Below are positions 49,343 to 58,911 of a stretch of DNA of 64,000 nt, piece after piece. The DNA is taken from NCBI GenBank assembly GCA_963823335.1, contig CAWGLD010000001.1:1056001-1120000 (forward strand). Direction: 5' to 3'. Within the stretch, counting starts at the first letter, position 1. Every line of letters starts with the position of its first letter. Below the pieces are notes generated by a model. That model searched no databases. It was not told the DNA's origin and saw nothing but the letters and a program-made list of their open reading frames with translations. The position numbers and the translations under genes are program-made. The stretch is from an uncultured delta proteobacterium. GTDB taxonomy: Bacteria > Desulfobacterota > Desulfobacteria > Desulfobacterales > B30-G6.

Positions 49343-50290
49343 TTATGGCTCATTGAGCTTCCGGGTCAAGGCCGGGAGAATGGTAAACAGATCGCCAATG
49401 ACATAATAGTCGCTGTGGGCCAGGATGGCGGCTTTTGCATCGGTATTGATGGCGATGATCAAGCCGGCTGTTTTCATGCCGGCCAGATGCTGGATAGAGC
49501 CGGAAATACCACAGGCGATATAAACCTTGGGGTTGACCTTGGTACCAGTCTGGCCCACCTGCATGGCATAGGGTACCCAACCCTCGTCCACTGCAACCCG
49601 AGAAGCACCCACTGCGGCGTCTTCGATAGACTCGGCACACTCAAAGAGAAAATTGAAATTTTCCCCATTTATCATACCGCGCCCACCGGAAACGATTACA
49701 TGCGCTTCCGACAGATTCTGAGCCCCCGGTTTTCCCGGAATCACTTCCAGAACACGCAATTTTATCTCTTCCGGGATATCTATGACCTGTTGCGTGATGT
49801 GAGGTGTTGTCGGGTGAACAACGGCGGCAATGGCATTGGGTCGCATGCCATATAGGATCCGTTCCCCGGTCAGGTGAAAGGTGGCCATGGTTTTGCCCGA
49901 ATACTGGGATGTTTTTGCCACCTGGCGGTCGATATCCACATGAACGCAGTCCATCACCAGGGGCGCATCGAGGATAGCGGCAATTCGCGGCAGGAGATCT
50001 TTTCCCTGGGCAGAGGTTATTCCCATGAGTATATGGATGTCCAGGGTCTCAAGAACCGTGACAACGGCCTGAGCCCAGCGCGCGGGGTTCCAGTCGGGTC
50101 GATTCATCACAACGTTCACGATATGATCGACCCCATACCGGGCCAGTTGTTGCTGAATGTCTGATGTCACTGCTTCCATCAGGACAGCGAAAATCTCGTG
50201 CCCTTCCTTTACGGCGGCAGTAATCATTCCCAGATTTGCCGGTTTTAGGGCTCCCTCTTTTAGCTCGATGAGTAGACCGATTTTTTTCAT
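49343..50290 (-). CDS. etfA: Electron transfer flavoprotein alpha subunit
   Basis: VSGGRG, GASRVAVD, QVGQTG, GISGSIQHLAGM, AINTD. Confidence 0.95.
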   Translation of the reverse strand: MKKIGLLIELKEGALKPANLGMITAAVKEGHEIFAVLMEAVTSDIQQQLARYGVDHIVNVVMNRPDWNPARWAQAVVTVLETLDIHILMGITSAQGKDLLPRIAAILDAPLVMDCVHVDIDRQVAKTSQYSGKTMATFHLTGERILYGMRPNAIAAVVHPTTPHITQQVIDIPEEIKLRVLEVIPGKPGAQNLSEAHVIVSGGRGMINGENFNFLFECAESIEDAAVGASRVAVDEGWVPYAMQVGQTGTKVNPKVYIACGISGSIQHLAGMKTAGLIIAINTDAKAAILAHSDYYVIGDLFTILPALTRKLNEP

Positions 50291-50373
50291 ACTTTTTTTA
50301 TCTTTTGCCCTGTTTTAAAACGAACACCCACCGACCTCCGTGATCAGTGTCACTTGAACTCTCGCTCCCTTCC

Positions 50374-51141
50374 TTATATCACCCGGGCCTCCTCCTTAAG
50401 AATGGTGACGAGCTGTTCTGCAATGGATGTGGTTGTGCCGGTTATCTCTTTGGGCTTTCGTTTCTCCTGTGCCGGTGTAAGGCGCACCAGCTCTACGCGG
50501 CCGGCCGGTTCCGGAATGCCGAGTGTTTTGAAATCGATGGTTTTGATTTCTTTTTTGCGCGATGTGACAATATCTGGAAAGGTCGGGTACCTGGGGGTAT
50601 TGAGGCCCTTGCCGGCGGCCAGAACGCAAGGCATTTCCAGTTTCAGTATCTCACGGACGCCGGCCTCTTTTTCACAGGTTGCCAGGGCAGCATTCTCTGC
50701 AGTTTCGATCTTAACGACATTGGTTGCTGCCGGCATGTCAAAGAGATGTGCCAGTCGAAACATGGTCTGCATGCCCTCCCTGTCGATGGATTCTTTCCCC
50801 GTGAGGATGAGATCGGGTTGACCGTCCCGGGCGATAGCCGTCTTCAAGATTCTGGCGGTCATGATGGGGTCATGGTCATTTTCGGCGGTTATCAGGATGC
50901 CGCGGTCGGCTCCCATGGCCAGGGCCGATCTCAGGGTGCCTTCGGCCTCGGGTTTGGAAAAGCAGACGGCGATCACCTCCGACCCGGGAAAGTGCTCACT
51001 CAACCGACGCGCTTCGGTCACTGCATGTTCGTCATAGGGATTCATGAGAAAGGTGATTCCTTCTTCGATCCCGGTTTCTCCCTTGACAGTGATGGTGGCG
51101 GCTGAATCGGGGACGTGCTTGACGCAGACGTAAATCTTCAT
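50374..51141 (-). CDS. etfB: Electron transfer flavoprotein beta subunit
   Basis: MKIYVCVKHVPD, MNPYDEHAV, ALAMGAD, GKESID, PRYP. Confidence 0.93.
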   Translation of the reverse strand: MKIYVCVKHVPDSAATITVKGETGIEEGITFLMNPYDEHAVTEARRLSEHFPGSEVIAVCFSKPEAEGTLRSALAMGADRGILITAENDHDPIMTARILKTAIARDGQPDLILTGKESIDREGMQTMFRLAHLFDMPAATNVVKIETAENAALATCEKEAGVREILKLEMPCVLAAGKGLNTPRYPTFPDIVTSRKKEIKTIDFKTLGIPEPAGRVELVRLTPAQEKRKPKEITGTTTSIAEQLVTILKEEARVI

Positions 51142-51145
51142 CAAT

Positions 51146-52483
51146 CTAACCGTTGACGGAGAAACTGGAATTGTAATTGATTTCTCGTTTGCGCGAGTAA
51201 AAACCGACATCCATTTTGCGACCGGTGTATTTCATGGTGAATTGAAACGGCTCTTTATCGTGATCCAGGCCTTTTTCACAGGCATCGATGAGTTCTGCCA
51301 TCATGGCACCCACCACGGGGGCATTCTTGTACTGGTTACCGCTGGTGCCGATGGCCATATAAAAACCGCCCAGATCGGATTTGTCGTAAACCGGAATCCA
51401 GTCATCGGAGCAATCGTAGAGATCCACAACCCCTTTGGGCTGGTTGGGTACCTGCAGGGTGGGGATGCGGCGGCCCAGACGATAGCACTGGGCTTTCCAC
51501 TGTTCCTCGCTGAGCTGGTTGTTGCGGCCATGGCCTCCTTTTCCAGCATAGAATTCGTCCGGGTCAACCCATTCCTGGGGATCGCAGTCCGGGTCTTCGG
51601 AGCCGATGAGGAACATGTTGCCGGTTTCCGGACGAATGTAACAACCAATATCACCATCACTCTGGTGATAACCGGTATTGATATAATCATAGTCCTCAGG
51701 TGATGGGCAGTACATGACTTCGTGGCGCAGGGCCTTGGTTTTGATGTTGCAGCCTTCCCAGACACCCTCGGCCATCTGATTGATTTTGTATGAATGAGGT
51801 CCGGCACAATTGACAACAACAGGAGCATCGATCAGGGTCCCGTCTGCCAGGGTGATACCCTGAACTTTTCCATGGGCACTTCGGATCGCAGTAACTTCGG
51901 CATTGAAAAGGAATTCGGCGCCTTTGGCCTCGGCGGCACGCATGATATTGTGAGCTGAAAGGGCGGGATCATTTACATAACCGCCTTCCGGGCAGAAAAG
52001 CCCCCCTTCGAGTTCTTTTTCGGGTTCGTCAAAGAAGGTGGGATCTTCGGGTCGTCGCACCGGCCAGAACTCGTGCAGGTCCAGTACGGGGACGTGTTCA
52101 AGAATCTTTTGGTTGTCCCATTCCTCGTATTTTACACCTACAGCGTCATAATGTTTTTTGACTTCCTGCCATTTATGACCCTGGGACTTAAGAAGAATGG
52201 ATCCGGTGTTCATGTACCTGGCTAAGCCTTTTTCATCCTCCACATGATCCAGATAATTTTGCCAGTCCAGCCAGTATTTGAAGCCTTCATAGGCAAAAGC
52301 AACACCATCTTCGGTAGAGTAATGGGCTCTTACGATAGCGCAGGACCCAGCTGTCGAACCCTCACCAGCATCAGGCAGCTTGTCAACACTCAGGGTTTTA
52401 TATCCCTTTTTTGTCAGTTCGTATGCGATGGGAGCCCCGATGACTCCGACTCCGATGATAATGGCGTCAAAATTTTTGTTCAT
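51146..52483 (-). CDS. FAD-dependent oxidoreductase (DAO/sarcosine-oxidase-beta-like)
   Basis: IIGVGVIG, GSTAGSCAIVR, VVNCAGP, LYDCSDDWIP, GTSGNQYK. Confidence 0.85.
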   Translation of the reverse strand: MNKNFDAIIIGVGVIGAPIAYELTKKGYKTLSVDKLPDAGEGSTAGSCAIVRAHYSTEDGVAFAYEGFKYWLDWQNYLDHVEDEKGLARYMNTGSILLKSQGHKWQEVKKHYDAVGVKYEEWDNQKILEHVPVLDLHEFWPVRRPEDPTFFDEPEKELEGGLFCPEGGYVNDPALSAHNIMRAAEAKGAEFLFNAEVTAIRSAHGKVQGITLADGTLIDAPVVVNCAGPHSYKINQMAEGVWEGCNIKTKALRHEVMYCPSPEDYDYINTGYHQSDGDIGCYIRPETGNMFLIGSEDPDCDPQEWVDPDEFYAGKGGHGRNNQLSEEQWKAQCYRLGRRIPTLQVPNQPKGVVDLYDCSDDWIPVYDKSDLGGFYMAIGTSGNQYKNAPVVGAMMAELIDACEKGLDHDKEPFQFTMKYTGRKMDVGFYSRKREINYNSSFSVNG

Positions 52484-52569
52484 GATCTCCTCCTGTGCAG
52501 ATTGATTCTATATGATATTAAAAGAGAATAAACATAAAAGAAAGTTTATGCAAAGGCATTATTTATCAA

Positions 52570-53220
52570 TTACATTGTCTGGTCTTGAACCGCCTGAACC
52601 CAGTTGGCAAACCGTTTTTCACCGGCCGGGCAAAGGCCAAACTCTTGGCCGGAATCGAGTACGGCATGGGTCATGCTGTCAGCATATCCACGGCTACAGG
52701 TCAGCAGAAACCCGCCGGACATATCTTCATTTTTCTCCAGAATTACGATTTGGCACGGGACATGGCACAAAGGACCCTGCAGCAGAAATGGAGCGGTTCT
52801 GGCGGGATCGGTTAAGTCAAGCGCCGTCAATTTTTCAGCTACATGGAATGTATCCGGGCCAAAAAGGGCCAGAAAGACCGTTGCTTCGGTGACATCCGTG
52901 CAGCCTTTGAAGTCCGGTAATATCATTTCCCGTTTCCCCAGATGCCAGATGGCAGCCTGGGTTCCATTCATACGATTGACCAGGATATCTTTATTAAAAG
53001 CGCATGTTCCCGGGTCAGCCGGCACGGTGATCCCGCTGGGTGAGAGATCATCGATCTGACTGTCCTGCAGGTCCCAGCGTGTTTTGTGACTCAGGTCCAC
53101 CAACCAGGGGCCGGGGCCTTCCTCATGGTAGGCCAAAACAACCTCCCAGTTGTCACGGATTTCAGAATTTTTTACGCTGGATTCAAACGTCACCGGTGAA
53201 TATCTTTGTATACCTGTCAT
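52570..53220 (-). CDS. soxG: Sarcosine oxidase gamma-subunit-like protein
   Basis: GcvT-fragment-like (DLSH, DVTEA, ALFGP, CSRGYA); follows soxA. Confidence 0.7.
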   Translation of the reverse strand: MTGIQRYSPVTFESSVKNSEIRDNWEVVLAYHEEGPGPWLVDLSHKTRWDLQDSQIDDLSPSGITVPADPGTCAFNKDILVNRMNGTQAAIWHLGKREMILPDFKGCTDVTEATVFLALFGPDTFHVAEKLTALDLTDPARTAPFLLQGPLCHVPCQIVILEKNEDMSGGFLLTCSRGYADSMTHAVLDSGQEFGLCPAGEKRFANWVQAVQDQTM

Positions 53221-53230
53221 TTCTCTTTCC

Positions 53231-56146
53231 TCACATTTTCATGCGTTCGCCTTCAGGGTCATAAAAGGGCATGGGAACCACCCTGGCGTTCAACCGTTTT
53301 TCGTTGCATTCATCTTCATAAATTTGCAGTCGTGAGCCCGGTTTGCTGAGTTGGGATTCCACCAGGGCCATGCCCACGGCTTCTCCGGTGGTAAAGCTTT
53401 TTCGGGCCGTAGCCACGTATCCGCGAACGCGGGTGTCTACGATCAAGGCCCCGTCCCGGGGTGCCCGGGTATCGTCTTCCATACGTATGCCCACCAATTT
53501 GAACCGGCCGGGGTCGTTTTCGGCCTGACGGAGGGCCACAGAGCCGACAGTTTTGGCATCTGCTTTTTTTCGATCCCAGAGGAATCCCAGGCCCAGGTCC
53601 AGGAGGTTGGTCCGTTGCTCTGACTCCTGCCCGAGAATAATGTGGCCTTTTTCCATACGCAGCACATTCTGGGCTTCCAGGCCAAAATTCTGGATATTAA
53701 ATTCAGCGCCAGCGGCCATCAGCATGTCCCAGACAGATTGCATGTAAGAGGCGGGCACATGAAGTTCATATGATAATTCGCCCACAAAACCCAGACGCAT
53801 GGCGCGTACCGGAATCGTGTTTTTAATAGTGAACTCACAGTATCCGGCATAAGGGAAGGCTTTGTTGGATATGTCGGCATCCACTATTTTTGTTAAAACC
53901 TTGCGGGCATTGGGTCCGGAAACGTTGATCACACCCATGGCATCGGTGAGGTTGACCATGTGGTATTTCCACCCATCGTAGCGCGTGTGAAATCGGAACC
54001 ACTCCACGGTATTACCGGCCCGTCCGCTGGATGTCGTGATGTAGTAGTCATTATCACCCCGTTTAATCACGATTCCGTCATCGATAACACAGCCGTCATC
54101 ATTGCACATGGCGGAATATTTGATACGGCCTGTTTTGATGCGGCTCATGTCAGACACATAAAGACGTTGAAGGGCCTTGAGTGCATCCGGACCGAAAATT
54201 CGAAATTTTCCCAGGGTAGAACTGTCCAGCATGCCCACGTTATTGCGTACATTGAGAATTTCATTCTTGCATTCGAAATCCTGGGAAAAGTACCGAGCTC
54301 TCTGCCAAACACCAATGTTGCGGAAGATACCGCCCTCTTTTTTCTGGGACACATGTAAAGGAGTTCGTTTGAACATATGATGGTGGGCACCTGCATAGGT
54401 TGCCAGAAGCGTGGGCACCAGCGGTGGCCGCACGGTTGTGGGCATAGGCTTGGAAACAGCGGCCGTGTATTTAGACACATAGAGTGGCAGATTATGACCC
54501 GGAATGCCCCCCTGACCCGGTCCGGTGCCTGCCGAGGTAAATCGCTTGATCAGCTCTGGGACATCAAAGCCCATATCGATGGCCTGCTTGATATTTTTGA
54601 TGGTGGTGTCCTCGTCAAAGCAGATAAAACTTTTCCGTCCTTTTACCGGGGCTGTGACCAGTTTGCAGCCCCGGTCTGCTCCGGGCAGTAGATCTGCTGC
54701 CTTTTGAGCGCTGGAGACTGTATCATCATCGGCCAGGCCTATGACGGCTAATGCCTTTTTAGCGGCCAATCGGCCTGAAGCCTCAATAGATAGCGGATGA
54801 TTGCATCCGGTCATTCGGCCTGCTGAAAACATCTTTTCAGGTAGTTTCTGGGGCAGGAAATATCCGGTGTGGTTGTCATAGGTCATTTTGGCCTGAGCCA
54901 GAATCAAGGGACCATTCACAGGTGTGTGCCCGGCTGACGCTACCAGCAGGTCGCAGGGGATTTGACGCCTGATGGTTCCGTCCAGCGTGCTCAGGGTCAC
55001 CTTGGTTACCTTTTTGCAGCCATAAGTTTTGGCGGCAACCCAGCCCTTGAGTACCGGCACCTTTCTTTGAGCGAGTGCCTCAAGCAGGCTGTCGTCATGG
55101 CCATCCTCGCGGATATCGGCCACGGTTTGGATCTTAAGACCCAGGTCAAACAAATCAAGTGCAGCCTCGAGCCCCAGGTCATGACCTACGCTGAAAACAG
55201 CTTCTTTACCGGGCAGAAGACCATAGCTTCGAGCCAGGCGATGGGCGCAGGCCACCTGCATGACGCCGGGTCTTTCGTTGTTCTCAAAAACCAGGGGTCG
55301 CTCGATACAACCGGTGGCGACCACCACGCTTTTGGAACGGATTTCGATATAGCGCTCCGTAAAGGCATCGTCACGCTTGCCCACCTGAAAGGCCGTGATT
55401 AGATTGTTGTTGTAAGCGCCCACCATGGAGGTATGTTTAAACACCCGGAGATTGGGAGCATTTTCCACCTGTTTCGCCAATTCTCTGGACCGGGTGAAAA
55501 GCGGTGTGCTTTCATTGTACGCGGCCGTCCGGTAATCCCAGCTTCCGCCCAGGTATGGTCGCGATTCCAATAGAACAACCCGAACGCCCGCTTCCGCAGC
55601 AGTCAGGGCTGCCATCATACCGGCAGCACCACCGCCGATAACACACACATCGGCTGTCAGGAAGATTTCATCATAGCGGCCTTTTACCTCGTAATTGGCG
55701 GAGATGGTTCCCACGCCTGCGGCTTTACGGATAGCTTTCATGGCAACGGGCCAGATCGCTGCCGGCTTGTGCATGGTCTTGTAATAGAAACCAGCCGGCA
55801 TCATCCAGTCTAATTTATCGGTAAATGCCATCAAGTCAAATTCCGCCGAGCCCTTGACGTTCTGGGCCTTGACCACCATTCCGTCTTTAAGCAGTGTGTT
55901 TTCAGTTCTCACATTGGGCACGCCATCCACTTCCATACAGGTGTTGCTGGATTCACCGTCAAGGCTGTACAACCCCCTGGGGCGATGATATTTCAGGCTG
56001 CGCGAAAAAATCCGGATACCATTGGAATAAAGAGCAGTTGCAACCGTATCTCCGGAAAATCCCTGATATGATTTTCCCCGATAGGCCAGAGAACGTGTTT
56101 CACCGGTATCGATCCGCAGCGTTGGCAATTCATGAAGCCTGTTCAT
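53231..56146 (-). CDS. soxA: Sarcosine oxidase alpha-subunit family (NAD-binding plus GcvT folate domain)
   Basis: GDTVATAL, SRSLKYHRPRG, AGFYYKT, GGGAAG, FENNERPG, IKRFTSAGTGPGQG, GFVGELSYE, LRMEKG. Confidence 0.9.
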   Translation of the reverse strand: MNRLHELPTLRIDTGETRSLAYRGKSYQGFSGDTVATALYSNGIRIFSRSLKYHRPRGLYSLDGESSNTCMEVDGVPNVRTENTLLKDGMVVKAQNVKGSAEFDLMAFTDKLDWMMPAGFYYKTMHKPAAIWPVAMKAIRKAAGVGTISANYEVKGRYDEIFLTADVCVIGGGAAGMMAALTAAEAGVRVVLLESRPYLGGSWDYRTAAYNESTPLFTRSRELAKQVENAPNLRVFKHTSMVGAYNNNLITAFQVGKRDDAFTERYIEIRSKSVVVATGCIERPLVFENNERPGVMQVACAHRLARSYGLLPGKEAVFSVGHDLGLEAALDLFDLGLKIQTVADIREDGHDDSLLEALAQRKVPVLKGWVAAKTYGCKKVTKVTLSTLDGTIRRQIPCDLLVASAGHTPVNGPLILAQAKMTYDNHTGYFLPQKLPEKMFSAGRMTGCNHPLSIEASGRLAAKKALAVIGLADDDTVSSAQKAADLLPGADRGCKLVTAPVKGRKSFICFDEDTTIKNIKQAIDMGFDVPELIKRFTSAGTGPGQGGIPGHNLPLYVSKYTAAVSKPMPTTVRPPLVPTLLATYAGAHHHMFKRTPLHVSQKKEGGIFRNIGVWQRARYFSQDFECKNEILNVRNNVGMLDSSTLGKFRIFGPDALKALQRLYVSDMSRIKTGRIKYSAMCNDDGCVIDDGIVIKRGDNDYYITTSSGRAGNTVEWFRFHTRYDGWKYHMVNLTDAMGVINVSGPNARKVLTKIVDADISNKAFPYAGYCEFTIKNTIPVRAMRLGFVGELSYELHVPASYMQSVWDMLMAAGAEFNIQNFGLEAQNVLRMEKGHIILGQESEQRTNLLDLGLGFLWDRKKADAKTVGSVALRQAENDPGRFKLVGIRMEDDTRAPRDGALIVDTRVRGYVATARKSFTTGEAVGMALVESQLSKPGSRLQIYEDECNEKRLNARVVPMPFYDPEGERMKM

Positions 56147-56403
56147 TTGCTATCCTCCGGTGCGCTTACTTCAAGGTTGCTGATGGTGTTACGAAAGGTG
56201 CTGAACCATGATCCGCATCCATCCCGGTGAAACCACCACTCTTTCTGAACACCTGCTATACAGGTGTTCATGTGGACATAATCGCACCATTCAGCAGGTG
56301 TCAGGCCGTCTTCATCTGGTCGGGGTCCTTTATCTTCTCCACCATAGCGAAATTCATACCCATTGCGTTTCCCGCAGATGGGACAGGTGAGAGTCAGTGC
56401 CAT
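56143..56403 (-). CDS. soxD: Sarcosine oxidase delta subunit
   Basis: CPICG.R...EF.YGGE, EWWFHRDGC zinc ligands. Confidence 0.9.
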   Translation of the reverse strand: MALTLTCPICGKRNGYEFRYGGEDKGPRPDEDGLTPAEWCDYVHMNTCIAGVQKEWWFHRDGCGSWFSTFRNTISNLEVSAPEDSK

Positions 56404-56427
56404 TGTTTTCCTCCTGTTATATTGCGG

Positions 56428-57651
56428 CTAATTGTCAGGCGTATAACTCACCAGCGCCGCTGTTTCACCCATGAGCTGGTGTTTTTCATAACGTCGCAGG
56501 TTAAACGGTTTAAGCATATCGGGGCAGTTCTCCGTCGCCAGGTACTGGGCCATGTATTTTCCGGCGGCGGAACAGGATTTAAATCCAAAATACCCCCAGC
56601 CACAGTCCATGTAAAAACCCTCGATGGGATCATTGCCATCCAGAATTGGTGCCATGTCCGGGGTCATGTCGGCCAGACCACCCCAGATCCGCATGAACCT
56701 GACGCCCCGCAGGCAGGGCAGCCAGTCCGACAGGGCTTCAGCCTGATGCTTGATGTAGTGTGCTGTGTTTTGGGTTGTGTAATTGGGCCATGGATCCATG
56801 TGAGCACCGGTGGCAATTTCACCTTTAAGTGTCTGGTTGGCATAGCAGTGATAGGCACCGGAAGAAACCACGTGGTTGAGCAGTGGTTTCAGCGGTTGGG
56901 TGACCATGGCCTGGATGGTCAATACACTGATGGGAAGTCTGATACCCAGCATCTGGTTGATGACGCCTGCGCTGTAACCACCGGCGGATACCAGCACCCT
57001 GGGGGTATTAATGTGACCGCGGCTGGTGGTGACACCGGTGACTTTACCTCCCTGCGTGTGAATGGCTGAGGCCTCTGTCCGCTGGTGGATGTGAACCCCA
57101 TTTTTTGCACAGCCCTTGGCCAGACCCCACACAACCGCGTCATGGCGAACAATACCTCCGGGGGGATGATACATGGCGCCTTGTATGGGAAAGGTAATAT
57201 CTTCTGAAATGTTCAGTGCCGGTACCATCTCTTTGGCCTGTTTGGCATCGATGAGGTGACTCTCTACACCGTGGAACTGCGCCGTTGCGATGGTCATGCG
57301 GGCGGCCTTCATGGCGGCTTCACTGTGCATCAGATTCAGGTTCCCGCAATTGTTGAACATTAAATTGAAATCGAGCTCTTTCGTAAGTACCGGCCAGAGG
57401 TCGAGTGCCTCTTTGTAGAGGGGGACATTATACTGTGTCCGCTGGTTAGCACGCACGATGGCGGTGTTTCTCCCGGCCCCGCCAAACCCAATGTATCTTT
57501 TTTCAATAATGGCCACATCGGTGAGACCATAATCCCTGGCCAGATAGTAGGCTGTGGCAAGACCATGAAGCCCACCCCCTATGATCACCGCTTCGTAACT
57601 GGATTTCAGTTTGGGCTGTTTTCCCCACAGGGGTTTATGTTTAGAAAACAT
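56428..57651 (-). CDS. soxB: Sarcosine oxidase beta subunit family
   Basis: GGGLHGLATAYYLA, GRNTAIVRAN, GGIVRHDAVVWG, QAMVTQP, WGG..DMTPD, GWGYFGFK. Confidence 0.9.
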   Translation of the reverse strand: MFSKHKPLWGKQPKLKSSYEAVIIGGGLHGLATAYYLARDYGLTDVAIIEKRYIGFGGAGRNTAIVRANQRTQYNVPLYKEALDLWPVLTKELDFNLMFNNCGNLNLMHSEAAMKAARMTIATAQFHGVESHLIDAKQAKEMVPALNISEDITFPIQGAMYHPPGGIVRHDAVVWGLAKGCAKNGVHIHQRTEASAIHTQGGKVTGVTTSRGHINTPRVLVSAGGYSAGVINQMLGIRLPISVLTIQAMVTQPLKPLLNHVVSSGAYHCYANQTLKGEIATGAHMDPWPNYTTQNTAHYIKHQAEALSDWLPCLRGVRFMRIWGGLADMTPDMAPILDGNDPIEGFYMDCGWGYFGFKSCSAAGKYMAQYLATENCPDMLKPFNLRRYEKHQLMGETAALVSYTPDN

Positions 57652-57721
57652 TATCGGTGCTCCTTTTTGGTGTCACGTCATATTGCGATGGGTAGTTACG
57701 GTGCTTCCTAAAAGGGTCATA

Positions 57722-57815
57722 ATATCATTTGTCAAATAACGTTCGGTTTACTCCGAAAAGTGAAACCCCTGGCGTCGTGAAACGCATTCGGAACCTAGTT
57801 ATGACAAGCCCTATA
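57722..57815. repeat. Imperfect inverted-repeat element (family B)
   Basis: Left arm TTGTCAAATAACGTTCGG; right arm reverse-complement TTGTCATAACTAGGTTCCG; related pieces at 32681 and 62964. Confidence 0.5.
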
Positions 57816-57947
57816 GCACTATGCCAATGTAAGAAAACATGTCAAGCAAAAAAGAAAGTATGTCTTTGATTATTTCAAAATCAATTGACATCTTTTGTTG
57901 GTTATGGTTATTTTCTATTATATCTTTATGGTTATGGGCTTTAATGC

Positions 57948-57969
57948 AAATGAAAGAAATGTTTCATTT
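57948..57969. promoter_or_regulatory. Putative RpiR-family operator
   Basis: Perfect 8-bp arms AAATGAAA-N6-TTTCATTT, 20 nt upstream of the rpiR start. Confidence 0.6.
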
Positions 57970-57989
57970 ATGTGCCTGGGAAATAATTT

Positions 57990-58877
57990 ATGAAAGAAAA
58001 TCAGTCGCACCCAGTTATTAAGCAAATTATGATGAATCTGGCCTCCTTGACACCCAAGGGGCGAATTCTCGGAAAATATATCATACAGTATCCGCGCAAA
58101 GCGGTGTTCATGACCACGAGGGAACTAGCCGAAACCTGTGATGTCAGTGAAGCGACGGTGGTCAGATTTGTCAGTCAGCTGGGATATGGCGCCTATGGGG
58201 AATTTCTCCAAGCCTTGCGGGATTTCGTCGACACCGGGTTGACCCTGCAGGATCGGGTCGATCTCCCGGGTATGAAAGAACCGGGAGCCGACCGATTTCA
58301 CCGGGTCGTGTTTGATGAGATGAGCAATTTAAAGCAGTTCTACGAAGCCATCGACATGAATACCATGCAGATCTTCCTGGAAGCCATTTCGGAAAGTCCC
58401 TGGGTTTATGTTGTCGGATCCCGTCTTTCCTATACCTTTGCCTATTACTTGGGCTGGTCTCTGACCAAGGTGCGCAAGGGGGTGCATATTTTGAATGGCA
58501 GCGACAGCACAGCCATCGACTGGCTTACCAATGCCCCTGCCGACAGCCTGATCGTGATGATCGCTACATCACGGTATCCCAATGAATTGATCAAACTGGG
58601 TAAAGTGGCACGGCGCCTGGGGCATCGACTTCTGGTTATCGCAGACAGCACCCTTTGTCCCCTGATTCAATTTGCGCACACATCTTTGGTTGCCCCATCA
58701 AAATCGATTCCCCTGATCGGCAATCCAAGCACAATTACCTGTATAGCAAACTATCTAGTGCTGGAACTGGCCAGTCGCCAGGACAACCGTTTTAGTTTAC
58801 ATCAGGAAAAGCTGGAACAGGTTTATCTGGAGAATGATATTCTGTTTAATCTGCGTATGGAAGATTTTGACCAATAG
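57990..58877 (+). CDS. MurR/RpiR family transcriptional regulator
   Basis: RELAETCDVSEATVVRFVSQLGY HTH; SIS domain (VVGSRLS, SRYP, ADS..CPL). Confidence 0.92.
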   Translation: MKENQSHPVIKQIMMNLASLTPKGRILGKYIIQYPRKAVFMTTRELAETCDVSEATVVRFVSQLGYGAYGEFLQALRDFVDTGLTLQDRVDLPGMKEPGADRFHRVVFDEMSNLKQFYEAIDMNTMQIFLEAISESPWVYVVGSRLSYTFAYYLGWSLTKVRKGVHILNGSDSTAIDWLTNAPADSLIVMIATSRYPNELIKLGKVARRLGHRLLVIADSTLCPLIQFAHTSLVAPSKSIPLIGNPSTITCIANYLVLELASRQDNRFSLHQEKLEQVYLENDILFNLRMEDFDQ

Positions 58878-58911
58878 ATATCCTCAACAGGTAGCAATGG
58901 AAGGAGTTATC

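Noticed and set aside
50347-51105. 252-aa plus-strand ORF
   Set aside because: Antisense to etfB; no motifs or RBS.
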